From assembly GCA_965644295.1 (NCBI GenBank), contig CBFFRP010000303.1:23251-87250 (forward strand): DNA of 64,000 nt, given 5' to 3'. A program made the translations under genes and the position numbers. The notes below the pieces were generated by a model, which saw only the letters and a list, made by a program, of their open reading frames with translations, was not told the origin of the DNA and ran no database searches. This DNA comes from Paraphysomonas bandaiensis. Its lineage: Eukaryota > Protista > Chrysophyceae. Below are positions 38,401-50,058 of the stretch, one piece after another. How positions within the stretch are numbered: the stretch's first letter is position 1; each line of letters begins with the position of its first letter.

Positions 38401-38673
38401 TTCGCATGATTGAGTTGTTTTATTTTGGTGCTCGAAGAACTCATACTTGAAGAGCAGTTTTTTCTTGGCGCATATTAATCCTTTTTTGGCAGGAGACTGC
38501 ATAATATTTCACTTCGCACTTTATATACCTTTACTCTAGATTCACAATACTAAGATATTTCGTTTGTAACTGTGGTATAAGTATGATTCGAGTATCCTTT
38601 ACTGTTATTAGTCTTGTACCACTGTTTCATTGGGTCGCTATTTCACATCTATGAAATATAAATAATTCTATGG

Positions 38674-39710
38674 GGGATATATTATTCAACCTAGTCAATT
38701 TGGTGGACTTTCCTAGTCATTCCATTTTCGGTGTAAAAACCTAGTCAAAGCCATAAATGACTCAACCTAGCCAATTGTAGTATTAAACCTAGTCGTCCTT
38801 ATATCCATTGATTACACATTGCGACTGTCTAAGATACGTGCATACACCACACAACATATTGATGGCTCGTAGAGCATCACAACAAGCATAACAATTCATT
38901 CATATCTACATAACAGTGTATGTGTATGTATATGCAGCATATCTGTATAGCTTATTAGTGTACGATGGGTCTCTTATCAGTGTTATGAAGAGGAGGAGGA
39001 GTGGTCAGTGTAGCTGTGCTGTGGACATACCCCCATGAATATACGTAGACAGGCACCTGGAGATCTTCATACGCTATGAGTGAGATCGCTTCCCTTCCTT
39101 CAGCGACTTGCTTGTTGAATGAGCGACTGCTTTGACTTCCAGGAGGGCATGAATACCCCATGTTTCTAGACCGATTAAGAAAAAAGAGGGGTTTTCATGT
39201 CAAAGTCTGTGTATTCGTAAAAACAACATCACTGAAATGGACTGCCTTTCCAGGAGCAGATCAAACGATGAGGAGTCCGTTGTACAGTGGAGCCCTTTAA
39301 TCTCTCTGCCACGGGATGGATCACTGGCAGTCTCCCTCAATAGTCTCTTGATGCTCCCATTATGATATGTACACTGCAGTGGTTGTGACCTGTACATTAC
39401 AGTGGTTATGATATGTACACTGCAGTGATATTGTGACCTCTACCTGCAGTGGTTGTGACCTGTACATTACAGTGGTTATGATATGTACACCACAGTGGTT
39501 GTGACCTGTGCATTACAGTGGTTATGATATGTACACCACAGTATTTGCTAGAGTATGCTCCCACGTTTGACTAGGTGAATACCCTATTCCACCTAGTCAA
39601 CCTAGTCATTGTAAAGTTAAAAATCTAATTATTTAATGACTAGGTTTTTACACCAATTTTGGTGTGACTAGGAAATTCCACCAAATTGACTAGGTCGAAA
39701 AATAGATCCC
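38674..39710. mobile_element. Non-autonomous Mutator/MULE-like element
   Basis: ~70-bp TIRs starting GGGAT with repeated CCTAGTCA motifs; perfect 9-bp TSD ATTCTATGG (38665-38673, 39711-39719); internal minisatellite at 39360-39542. Confidence 0.88.
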
Positions 39711-39812
39711 ATTCTATGGGTTACTTAATCATGTTACCTAAATGACATATACAAGAAACACACTTCCGCGGGGGGCATGAGAAATGAGAAAGCCATTGAC
39801 CATACTTTCATT

Positions 39813-41045
39813 CAGGGCCTGTAACCGTTAATGGTAATGGGCCTTTAATGGTATTGCCATATAATAATTGCCGGGAACTATTATTATACCCAAAAACTCT
39901 AAAACAATCATTGAAAATATGCAACAACTAACAAAGTAAGTATACTCTGTATTTATGCCATATATTAAGCAACGATGATGGCCAAGAATATTGATGGCAG
40001 TGTAATTTATAGAGTCTTCTTCCGAGTGGATTCAGAGTATCCTTTGTATCATATTTGTTCGTTGTGCAATGATCGCCTTAAACAAGATATAAAGCGAGGT
40101 TACACGACTTGTGTGAATCATATATAACCAAGCACGGCGCCAAACATGCGGATTTTTTGGCAAGTGGAATTCGAGAGAAATTTCGAAAATGAAAGACTTC
40201 ACGGGGGCGATTTATTGTCTTTATAAGAAGAAAGTATTTCTTATTCCGGTGGCTGGAATGGATAGCAATGAACGACGATCCATTTACAGAATGTTGTTAC
40301 GCTCGCCTTACATATAGTGGAACCAATTTGTACCAAGCCCGCTAGTTATTTGATATATACTACAAGAATTTCCAGAACTGCATCCATACCTTTCTATGAA
40401 TGCAAGATATTGTTGCCAGTACAATTTTTGAGAAGTAGGTAGTGGCTAAAATTCAAGGGAATGATGAAAGAGAGTTGACAGGCAATGAGAGAAGAGCAGT
40501 TAGACGTTTGCAACTGGATTCATCCCTTGATATTGGTGCACTCGACAGAAATAATGAGGGCAAGAGTGAAGGAACTGATTTGCACAGCGTGTTCTGGACA
40601 GCGCCGAGGTGACCAAGAGAGCTCGACTTGGTACCTATGAGTTCAACTACCGCTGCTTGCTTCATATTGAAGAACAATCTAATGTTGTTGAGAGGCTCTT
40701 TATTCGTGCAAAGTTGGTAATCACACCTGAATCTATATCGTCTAGAATCGTTGCTATTCCTACATGTTGCAGGATGCTTATACCCTTCATGAAGCCCTGC
40801 AAGAAGATCCTGATGTGCCAGTGGAGAGAGAGAAGTAGTTACAATTCGTAGTCTGCTACTTAACTAAAAATTAGTAATTAAGGGAGCACCGTACTATCTA
40901 ATATGGACAGTATTATCTAATTGAAGTTTCAGTAGGTATTAATGGCAATTATTAATGGATGGCCATTATAATTGCCGGGACATTTTTCATTAATGCCATC
41001 AAAATTTCCGGGAACTGAACTACCATTAATGGTTACCAGGCCCTG
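39813..41045 (+). mobile_element. Deleted hAT DNA transposon with transposase remnants
   Basis: TIR CAGGGCCTG(G)TAACC(G/A)TTAATGGTA; perfect 8-bp TSD CTTTCATT; remnants CSLCNDRLKQDIKRGYT, FRWLEWI, SNVVERLFIRAKLV. Confidence 0.9.
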
Positions 41046-41182
41046 CTTTCATTCATGTGAGGAGAAGCATGTAAGACCCAAACAGCGGGGATGGGGCGAC
41101 TTGAAATACTAGCCCTTTCCTGTACACAGCTAACCCCAACTAATAAATGCTGAGTTTTGCTTATTTGCAAGATTGATGCTAT

Positions 41183-41276
41183 CGTTGAGTTGTGCCGCTG
41201 GTTAGCAATTAAAAGCTGTACTGTATTGCTAATGGTATTTGAATTATGACCGTTCGTTGAATAATACAGTGGTAGA
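41183..41276 (+). repeat. Fragment of family A LTR
   Basis: GTTGAGTT...AGCAATTAAAAGCTGTA...GAATTATGAC matches LTR 22-110; similarity ends where SINE copy 4 begins. Confidence 0.7.
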
Positions 41277-41413
41277 CCCTCAACAAAGTCGGCCTCGCAC
41301 CATGTCGTGGTGTTCTGGGGGATAAGTACCGGAGATACTCTACGGGAATCCAACATGAGCCGCATATATATAGTCAGCAGATAATTTTCTTTCCACTCAT
41401 AGCCTAATGCTTG
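41277..41413 (+). mobile_element. SINE copy 4 (5' portion including ribozyme head)
   Basis: CCCTCAACAAAGTCGGCCTCGCACCATGTCGTGGTGTTCTGGGGGATAAGTACCGGAG...ATGAGCCG. Confidence 0.85.
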
Positions 41414-41964
41414 AGTAGAGTCCACACGACTCTGTCTCACATATACAAGACTCCGCCTTTCAGAGATACAAGGAGAGACTCCGGGATCTACAACGAGAGC
41501 GACCCGACCCTACTTAGTTGGAGTGTCGCCCTTCTCAAGAGCCTCTCCAGCCAGTAGAGCTTGTAATACCTCAATATCGCAGGTTGAGCAATTCTGGTCG
41601 GGGTCTATAACCGATGCCTCTAGCTGGAAGATGTGTTTGGCACCTATTGCTAAAGGTAAGACTTTCGTATATATGCAACTTCTAACCAAAATGTCAAACA
41701 CTGATAGTATGTATCATTTATCAGTATTAATGTTTGATGCCGGATAAATTGAAAAAATGATTATGAATTATTATGATTATTATATTAAATGCAAGATTGT
41801 CGTAAATGATATAAAACGAAGCGTTGCAAATCTTACATACATAGAGTTCACGTTAGAAAATATGATGAGTCCAAGGGTAATACGCGTACTACAGGATTAT
41901 AAGAAAATAAACAAAGAATTTTGTCACACTTTGCGGTCTCGCGTAATGACCAGCAAGACAAGTA

Positions 41965-42903
41965 CTATAGCTTTGTGCATATTATTTCAGTGAGTGTTAT
42001 TTGATTTGTATGCAAGAGTTCGATAACATTTTTCATCTTTTGCTCTGCATCACTTCCTAGGGTGACAGCAAGTGATAGCGGCGGCATTCCCCTACCAGCT
42101 GTTAACCTTTTTCTAAGCGGGTCAAAGAACTCCATTCCCTCTTTTCCCCTGTCGGTAGTGTTAATATTATTAAATCCACTTTCTTCTGCAGCAGATATGT
42201 ACTCGCTGTAGTGTGATACGAAAGAGTGGGCCGGACTGGCCGCCCAAGGGACAGGATAGGTTATACGTCCAGTGGGTACGAGTGTAATGTCGTACACAGC
42301 AAATATTCCACCAGATTTTAACACGCGGTAGGCCTCGCGGTATATCTTATCCTTCTCTGAGATATTCATTCCCACATGCAGCATACAAGCAGCATCATAG
42401 AGTTCGTCTCTGAAAGGAATATCCACAGCACTACCAACATCGTAGCGTACTTCGGAACCAACGATATCTGATATACGTGCCGCTATTTTTATAAATTCCG
42501 GAGTAATATCAATGCCTGTAACATCACAACTTGGAAATAGGTGTTTGATTCGACGAGTCGTCCCGCCTAAACCACAGCCGATGTCCAGCACTTTCCAGCC
42601 GTCCTTCACTCCCATCACATTAAGCAATCTATCAGTGGCTGCCACTCCACCCACATGGAACTGATCCACGGGATGAAAATCTTCAGCAGGTATTTGATCC
42701 TCATGATCAGGATCTGTGAGTTGAGAAGAGTCATTGATGTTTGATCGTGATGCTGTGACTGCCTCTACGATGCGCTGCCACAGACCCCCACTATCATAGT
42801 GACTGGACACAGAGTCCTCAATACTACTGCACAGACACCTGTGCACACAGACACGGGAAAAATAAACCCTTGAAAGCCGGGAGACTAAACTTTGGATACG
42901 CAT
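41965..42903 (-). CDS. Class I SAM-dependent methyltransferase (type 11) with probable mitochondrial presequence
   Basis: DQFHVGGVAAT, VLDIGCGLGG, GIDIT, LHVGMNI, RVLKSGG. The likely start is the ATG at 42903 (MRIQSLVSRLSRVYFSR); the upstream extension is microsatellite. Confidence 0.88.
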   Translation of the reverse strand: MRIQSLVSRLSRVYFSRVCVHRCLCSSIEDSVSSHYDSGGLWQRIVEAVTASRSNINDSSQLTDPDHEDQIPAEDFHPVDQFHVGGVAATDRLLNVMGVKDGWKVLDIGCGLGGTTRRIKHLFPSCDVTGIDITPEFIKIAARISDIVGSEVRYDVGSAVDIPFRDELYDAACMLHVGMNISEKDKIYREAYRVLKSGGIFAVYDITLVPTGRITYPVPWAASPAHSFVSHYSEYISAAEESGFNNINTTDRGKEGMEFFDPLRKRLTAGRGMPPLSLAVTLGSDAEQKMKNVIELLHTNQITLTEIICTKL

Positions 42904-42930
42904 ACTTCCACATAGATAGATAATGAGAAC

Positions 42931-43261
42931 ACATACATACATACATACATACATACATACATACATACATACATACATACATACATACATACATACATAC
43001 ATACATACATACATACATACATACATACATACATACATACATACATACATACATACATACATACATACATACATACATACATACATACATACATACATAC
43101 ATACATACATACATACATACATACATACATACATACATACATACATACATACATACATACATACATACATACATACATACATACATACATACATACATAC
43201 ATACATACATACATACATACATACATACATACATACATACATACATACATACATACATACA

Positions 43262-43290
<29 letters not shown>
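42931..43290. repeat. (TACA)n microsatellite, ~90 units
   Basis: Perfect tetranucleotide run between the divergent methyltransferase and CCR4 starts. Confidence 0.98.
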
Positions 43291-43295
<5 letters not shown>

Positions 43296-43368
43296 CAATA
43301 TGCATATACATTTAAAATAAAGAAGAGCAACGGTACGCACTACCAAGTATATCTGTCCACAACAATCG

Positions 43369-45663
43369 ATGAGCGACGTCACCTGGGATTTGTCGCTTCG
43401 CACAGAGCAGCCTGTGGAGGGATGCGAGCTATCTCCTCATGCTTATCTTAAAATCAAGAGTAAAACTTTAGACAATCCTGGGAAAGCTAAGGTCATCTTG
43501 TGCTCAGCTTCCCTTTAGTGTAATGTAGTGTGTTCGTAGGTGCTCGAGTCAAACCCGCATACATTTACTTTTCAGTGGAGTCGAGGACCCGCCATGCAAA
43601 TGTGTGCATGCAGTTCCTGTCCCAGAAATGGAACCACAGACCCCCTGGACTGGTCAAGGTTTTCTAGGGGAGGTCCTGCTCTTCGATGTGCTGTTTGTGA
43701 AAAAGTTGGAGTTCCACGGCATGAGTCACTTTTTTGCTCTGTATGGTAAGTGGGCACTTCTGTTTTTATATCAGTACATGTTGTGACTCTTCCGTAATCT
43801 GCCACAGTTGCTTCAGGAATGCTTGGTCTACTCACGTTGCGAGGTATGGTACTGTGTCATAAGTCAATAATAATAATATAATGTGGAACAGCAAACACAC
43901 CAACAGCAGTGGTGGTGCTAATGTACCACCAGCACCACTTTGTAAGCCCGTGGTAGTTTCCGAAGCTGTTGCGAAGAAAGATAGTGACGAAGATATCGTT
44001 GACACGGATGATCTTGATGATGGCGGATATGTAGAAGGTGGGATTAAGCTCGTGTGTAATTACTATTGCACTGAGTGATCTATACAGGACACGTCCCAAC
44101 CTCTCTTATGGACACTCTACATGGAGGAGCAGACGGACAGTGGGTTGAGATTTTCAGGTCAGTCGAAACATGATATCTCTCGTACATGCTAATTTGAGCG
44201 CAGTGAACAGACGTACGTCCCAACTGCCGAAGACGTTGGAAAGGTGTTGCGCATTGAGTGCCGTGCAATAGGCAAGGATGGGGAGACGATTGCCGGTCCG
44301 GTAGTAGTGTACACGGAGTGTGTGCTCTCTGCGCCTCGCATTCCTCCCAGACGAGCCCTACAGGCGGTGCCGAACGCTGGCGCTTCCCTGTCATCACAGT
44401 CGCAGGTTAGATTTCGGGTAGTCAGCTACAATATTCTGGCCGAGATCTATGCAACCAAGCAAGTGAGTGCAGAATCTGACGTGATGTAATTGTTATTTAC
44501 TCACACTCCCTATGAAACAGGCATATCCGTACAGTGATCCTTGGACTTTGAGTTGGCCCTATAGAAGATCTATTATCCTGAAGGAGCTGGCTGACTCCCA
44601 GGGGGATATTATATGCCTACAGGAAGTCCAAGCCGACCACTACCAGCAGAACCTTCTCCCTGCACTTTCTGAAATGGGTTATGACGGTCTTTATAAGCAG
44701 AAGACGCGCGAAAGCATGGGTCAGCATGGCAAAGTGGACGGATGTGCTGTGTTTTGGCGGCGGTCCAAATTTATCATGGCGGAGAACTATACTATTGAGT
44801 TCAATGAAATCGTACAGCGTGCTGCCTCCCATCTCAATCTGGAGGATGGGGAGTTGCATCGGTTCATTAGTCGCCTTAGTAAGGACAACATTGCCCAGGT
44901 ACTAGTCTTGGAGTCATTGTCTCGTCCACCACAGCAGCGGTCTAGATCATCTAACCGAATATGTGTTGTGAACACCCACCTATACTCGAACCACACCAGG
45001 CCTGAGATAAAGCTATGGCAGTCAGTGCAGCTGATGAAAGAGATTGAGTCGTATGTGCTCAACCACGATCTTGCTCTTATCATATGCGGAGACTTTAACT
45101 CAGAGCCAGAGTCGGCTGTTTATCAGTACTTGTCTCAGGGGGGATTAAATGAAGAGCATGCTCACGTAGTGGAGGCAGTTGCCAAGGTACACTTCCTTGT
45201 TGTTTTTGTATTGTCTTCACTCTGGTGTGGCGTTAGAACCTGGTGGACGTAGAGGCCCTCATGCACGGAGTAGAGTTGGAATCTGCAAACTACCGATCCC
45301 TAGGATACGAACCGGAGTTCACTAACTATACACGAAATTTTAGAGGAACGCTAGACTATGTGTGGTGAGGTGCTAACCATATTATATTTAACCTGTAATC
45401 GACGAGGGCATAGGTATACTCCTTCGAGACTCAAGTTGCTTGCTGTCACATCTCCTCCCTCTGAAGCTGATATACTGACACATTGCGAAGGCTTACCGAG
45501 CGTACAATACCCCTCTGACCACATCATGCTGTGTTGTGATGTCGCGTTAATGATGGGAGCCACACAGTCTTTGCGCGGGGGAGGTATGGGTCAAGTAGGT
45601 TCTTCATCAGGAATGCTAGGTCTTGACAGCAATAAGTTGGGCCAGCCACAAGGAAGGAGATAG
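43369..45663 (+). CDS. CCR4: CCR4-type EEP deadenylase with plant-like N-terminal Cys-rich region, spliced
   Basis: PVEGCELSP N-terminus; SYNILAEIYA, DIICLQEVQ, DGCAVFW, NTHLY, ICGDFNSEP, FTNYT..F.GTLDY, YPSDH. Confidence 0.92.
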
Positions 45664-46237
45664 TGTTGTGATTGTTAACTGTTGTTTAAGGAAATATGTG
45701 GTTCATAACATATCTTAGAATCTTGTCGCATTTTTGATTCGTGTCGAATTCCATAGATGTATATTTATGGTAGATAAAAGTAGCTAAATGCCCTTGGATT
45801 TAGAAGTATTGTTAAAACATACGGAGTAAATGAATTGTGTTGAACAAATATGTTCCTATGTACGCTATCAGCTAAATGAAAACAACTTCTATAACATTAT
45901 TATATAGGACTTAACAGCCAACTACTCTTTGCTCTGATAATTTCACTTATATACTTAGTACGTCAAACTATACACAGTGTATGCATTGTGGGCCACACAC
46001 TTCTCAACTACTCGTACGTAAATATTACTCACACTAGCTGCAGGCACATTTCAAAGAGTGTGAACAGCTGATAATACTAATACAACACTATGGGGGGCAT
46101 TAAAACTGTAGGATATGTGCAAGAGCAACGATAATCAACCTAAGTAAAAGAAATGTATTATGGGTGCAACTAATTAAGTTACGCCATTGTTTTACAGGCA
46201 AGGACCATATTTACCAGGAAACACAATATTAAAGGAG

Positions 46238-46509
46238 TTAATTGTACTGCAACATCAGTTATTATGAATTAGAGAGCACAATATGCACACGTACCTTAAC
46301 GAACCCGATATCAGTTGCCCTTTCCCTGAAGCACTGTCTGCACATCATCAGTCCGTACTTTCTAATGATAGCAAGTTGATTGGCTAAATAGAACATATTA
46401 AAAACAAAAGCAGACGGTTCTTCTTCTTACCACACACGCGGCAGCGGCGAGCCCCCTTTGATCCGCAGATCTTCTTAGGATGGCTGTTAGACAAAGCTTT
46501 GGCTCCCAT
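46238..46509 (-). CDS. RPS29: 40S ribosomal protein S29 (uS14), 3 exons: 46509-46431, 46383-46295, 46246-46238
   Basis: Spliced product [58 protein letters not shown]; 47- and 48-nt GT-AG introns. Confidence 0.96.
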
Positions 46510-46951
46510 TTTGCGCAGTAATAATCTGGTCCTGTAAAGCGATGCGAGATTACCGAAACAATCGAGAAGCAGATATTATTATTGCCATTACCTCCTGTAA
46601 CTAGAAATATACAAGTTAAGTGTAGGCGTGCTGTGGCTCTCGTGTGGTATGTATGGTACATGTATGTATTATGTACTGCACAATACAACAACTTCTTTCA
46701 GTCCACTCCCGATTCAGGCAGGTGTATATCTTCAAGAGGCACAAGTTGTGTATTCAGTTCGCATATTTATAAATACGAATTTATACACTGTATTTTTTGT
46801 TATTGAGGTACTGTATTCCTTCGGGTGTATTCCAGTATATGGACAACCAAAGCACACAGCCAGTACAGCGTATACAGCAGTAAGTGGGAGCTGTAAATAC
46901 CATAGTATGGTTTAGTTGAACATTAAATATATTCCAGAATTGGAACGCCAC

Positions 46952-47000
46952 TCCTCAACAGAGTCGGACTCGCACCTTTTCGTGGTGTTATGGGGGATAA
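46952..47000 (+). mobile_element. Isolated SINE ribozyme-head fragment
   Basis: TCCTCAACAGAGTCGGACTCGCACCTTTTCGTGGTGTTATGGGGGATAA. Confidence 0.85.
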
Positions 47001-47256
47001 TAGGGCATTCACTACAATGTCCAGTTACAATTTACTTGCTCACTGTTATGAATGTGTTATCTAGAGCACACTTTATTTAGATCTTGCACTTAGAAATATC
47101 CAATTTGTGCGGTGAATTTAAACAGTCGAATGTTTTGAAATGCGGATATATCACGAAACCAAAACATACTGATATATCTTATATAACATTAGCCGTAGTG
47201 TTGAAACAGACACTGTACAGCCGGATGTTGTTCTTACCAGTGTGCCAGAAGAGAAA

Positions 47257-47313
47257 TCCGGTACTTATCCCCCAGAACACCACGAAAAGGTGTGAGTCCG
47301 ACTTTATTGGGGG
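47257..47313 (-). mobile_element. Isolated SINE ribozyme-head fragment, inverted relative to 46952
   Basis: Minus strand reads CCCCCAATAAAGTCGGACTCACACCTTTTCGTGGTGTTCTGGGGGATAAGTACCGGA. Confidence 0.85.
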
Positions 47314-47798
47314 AAGTGTGTTATTTCTCAGGTATATAGCATTGAAATATGTAAAAATGTTTTTGTACTACGTTTTCATTATTTAGTAACTGAGTATCAG
47401 TAGATAAGTTTTAGCGTTGTAATCAACCTAGAAGGAGGCACTACTCTGGTAACTGAACTCATCGGTTTACAACAAAAGTTTTTTCATTACGTACTGACAG
47501 GGCTGTGCAACAATTTAATTGCCAATTATTGTCTAAGTACGGTACTGAGAATCAACTGAAACGCAGTAGACAAAAAATAAAATTGCACAATTAAGAGTAC
47601 TAAGTGTAATACTGTTCACTATCATAATGGTATGAACCTTTACTTAGATAAGAAATATTGATAGACTTATAGAAGCAAATAGACAAATATATTTCCCATT
47701 AACCTATACAATATATTGATGATTCTTAAGCTGTGATAAAATATAGTATTTGTTATTTAAAAGATTACGTTACTGCTGCCCATATCTATCACGGCGTA

Positions 47799-49461
47799 TT
47801 AGCGTTGTTTCGTGCGCGGGGAGTGCACGGGAGATGCACCCTGACCATTCTTTTGCTGGCTAGAATGTGAATTAGAGCTTTCTGTCGGTCTAGCTACTCT
47901 AAATGCACTCTCCTCCTGTGATAAAACTACCTGTCTTGATGAAGTTACTTTCTGTGCGTCGTTGTTAGTTTGCCCGCTGGCGGGAGCGGATGGGGGTGGA
48001 GGTGGACGGGGGCGATTACTTTTGTTTACCCTATATTTACTTCTCCCCCCTCCTCTATCTCCTGGATTTCCTCGACCTCCCCTTCCCTGTTGTTGCTGTG
48101 CGGCTCGCTGCCGCTCCTCTGCCCTCTTCTGTTGTGTCTCGAATTCATGGGCAGCCTCTATACGCCCTGCAATACGGGGCAGTCTGTCATGGTTAGGTGT
48201 ACCCCCATCCGACCAAAAGTAGCCATCGTCAAGGGCAGCTTCTGCGGAAATGCGTCGGCCCGGATGCATACACAGGAGTTTCTCTAGCAGGTCAACTGTT
48301 GCCGGAGGGAATTTCGAGAAGCGTTCACGAAACCTGTTGGGGTAACTAGTTGTAATCAGAGACTGGTACTTCTCCCACCCCTCGCATTGTCGCAGCCTCT
48401 CCTCAGTATCACCCGTAGGGGTCCCACATAGCTGATAAATGAGCTCTAACTGATTTGCAGAAGTAGGTGGATTAGCCGGGAGGATCGCGTTTTGTATGGG
48501 GGTGGCCGGGAGGACCGCAGGGCGCCGCAACATCTCTGCTATGACACACCTGTACACCGAACTATCTCACCAATGCCAAAAACACCAACCAACACAAGGC
48601 GTACCCCGCAGCCCATATGTCTATCTCTGGTCCATATTTCTTGGTCTCTAAAAGCAGCTCGGGGCATCTGTACCAGAGGGTAACTACCGGGTTTGAGAGC
48701 CTACTAAGAATTAGAGGTGTAACTGAATGGGTTTACATTGTAACCTTTGTACAGATGAATAGTAAGAACGCGCAAGACCCCAGTCAGCAATTTTAATCCT
48801 GTTGTCCCGACTAACTAGGATATTTGCGCCCTTGATGTCCCGATGTAATATTTTGTTTTTGTGCATGTAGCAAACCCCAGATAGCAACTGCTTTGCGTAG
48901 CACCGCACATGGTTCGTGGAAAATACCTGTAACACCAGATATTACAGGCAGTAGCAACGGAGAAATAAAAGTACTCTCTCACCATATCACGCGAATCCAT
49001 CAGACCAGAGAGATCGAAATCCATATACTCAAAAACCATAAACACCGCACCATTCTCGAACCCGAATGCGGAATTGTTTGTGTCTGTACCGCGAGAGAAA
49101 TGTAAAAGGAATCGTACTGTATAAGTCTACTTGCCTTCTGAGTTAAATGTGACAATTTCGTATAAACTTATGATATTTTCGTGATTTAACGCTTTTAATA
49201 TTTTTATCTCGCGAATGGCAGTTACCGGAAACCCGTCTTTCTCTTTCTCCATTTTTATCATTTTCAACGCCACACGCTCTCCAGTCCCCGTATCAGTGGC
49301 CTTGAACACAGACCCATACACTCCCATCCCAACTTGACCGTCCACTTTCATACAGCTGAGAGGTCTGGTACCTGTATTGAAACACATGACACACTCACTC
49401 CATCACATCACACAAACTCACAACGGCGCCGCTTTAAGGCTGAAGACGACTGCGCTTCCAT
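47799..49461 (-). CDS. Cyclin-dependent kinase, CDK9/CDK12/CDKC (CTD kinase) class, spliced
   Basis: [46 protein letters not shown]; RG/Pro-rich tail. Confidence 0.92.
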
Positions 49462-50058
49462 ATTAATATCCTCTGCGATGTGGCGGATCTGTGTGTTTCG
49501 TGGACGAATGTGTGGTGAGATCAATAATTATACTCCCACAGTACCATACATATAAACAAATCACATACTTTTATATAGTAGTACGAGTAGTTTATGATTC
49601 TACAATCGCTTCTGTACGCCTGGGGGCAGTTCCAGCAAATTCGGCTCTACATTTCCAGCGTTTTTCCAGAAATAGATTAAAAATACTCAATATGATGGTA
49701 AAATCTTCTCGATTTTTGCAACGCATCGTATGGACCAAAAATACATATGGCTTTCCATGGCTTTTACTCGTATGTATGTACAGGAACAAAATACAACAGT
49801 ACATGTACAGCAGTACGGAGATGCATCGTCTAAACACGCACAGTATCATCTATAAACGGACCAAGAAATGGTGATAGATTTAAGAATGATGTAGATAACA
49901 AACAGAGTTTGAGTGATAATGACGAGTAGAAAACACGTGAGTAGAGAAATTAGTTACACGCTGTGCTGCACACTGCAATAGTACCTGTGGTAGCATTATC
50001 TGATAGTGGAGAGTATACAGCCGAAGCAGCTGGTGTTTGGTCGACCGTTGCTATCCAT

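Noticed and set aside
42824-43403. YVCM/HTYI repeat ORFs (also 34462-34788)
   Set aside because: Translations of (TACA)n microsatellites; the methyltransferase most likely starts at 42903.
46400-46585. Spliceosomal snRNA (U2/U5-like words on the minus strand)
   Set aside because: Explained by RPS29 exon 1, intron 1 and 5' UTR; no full snRNA match.
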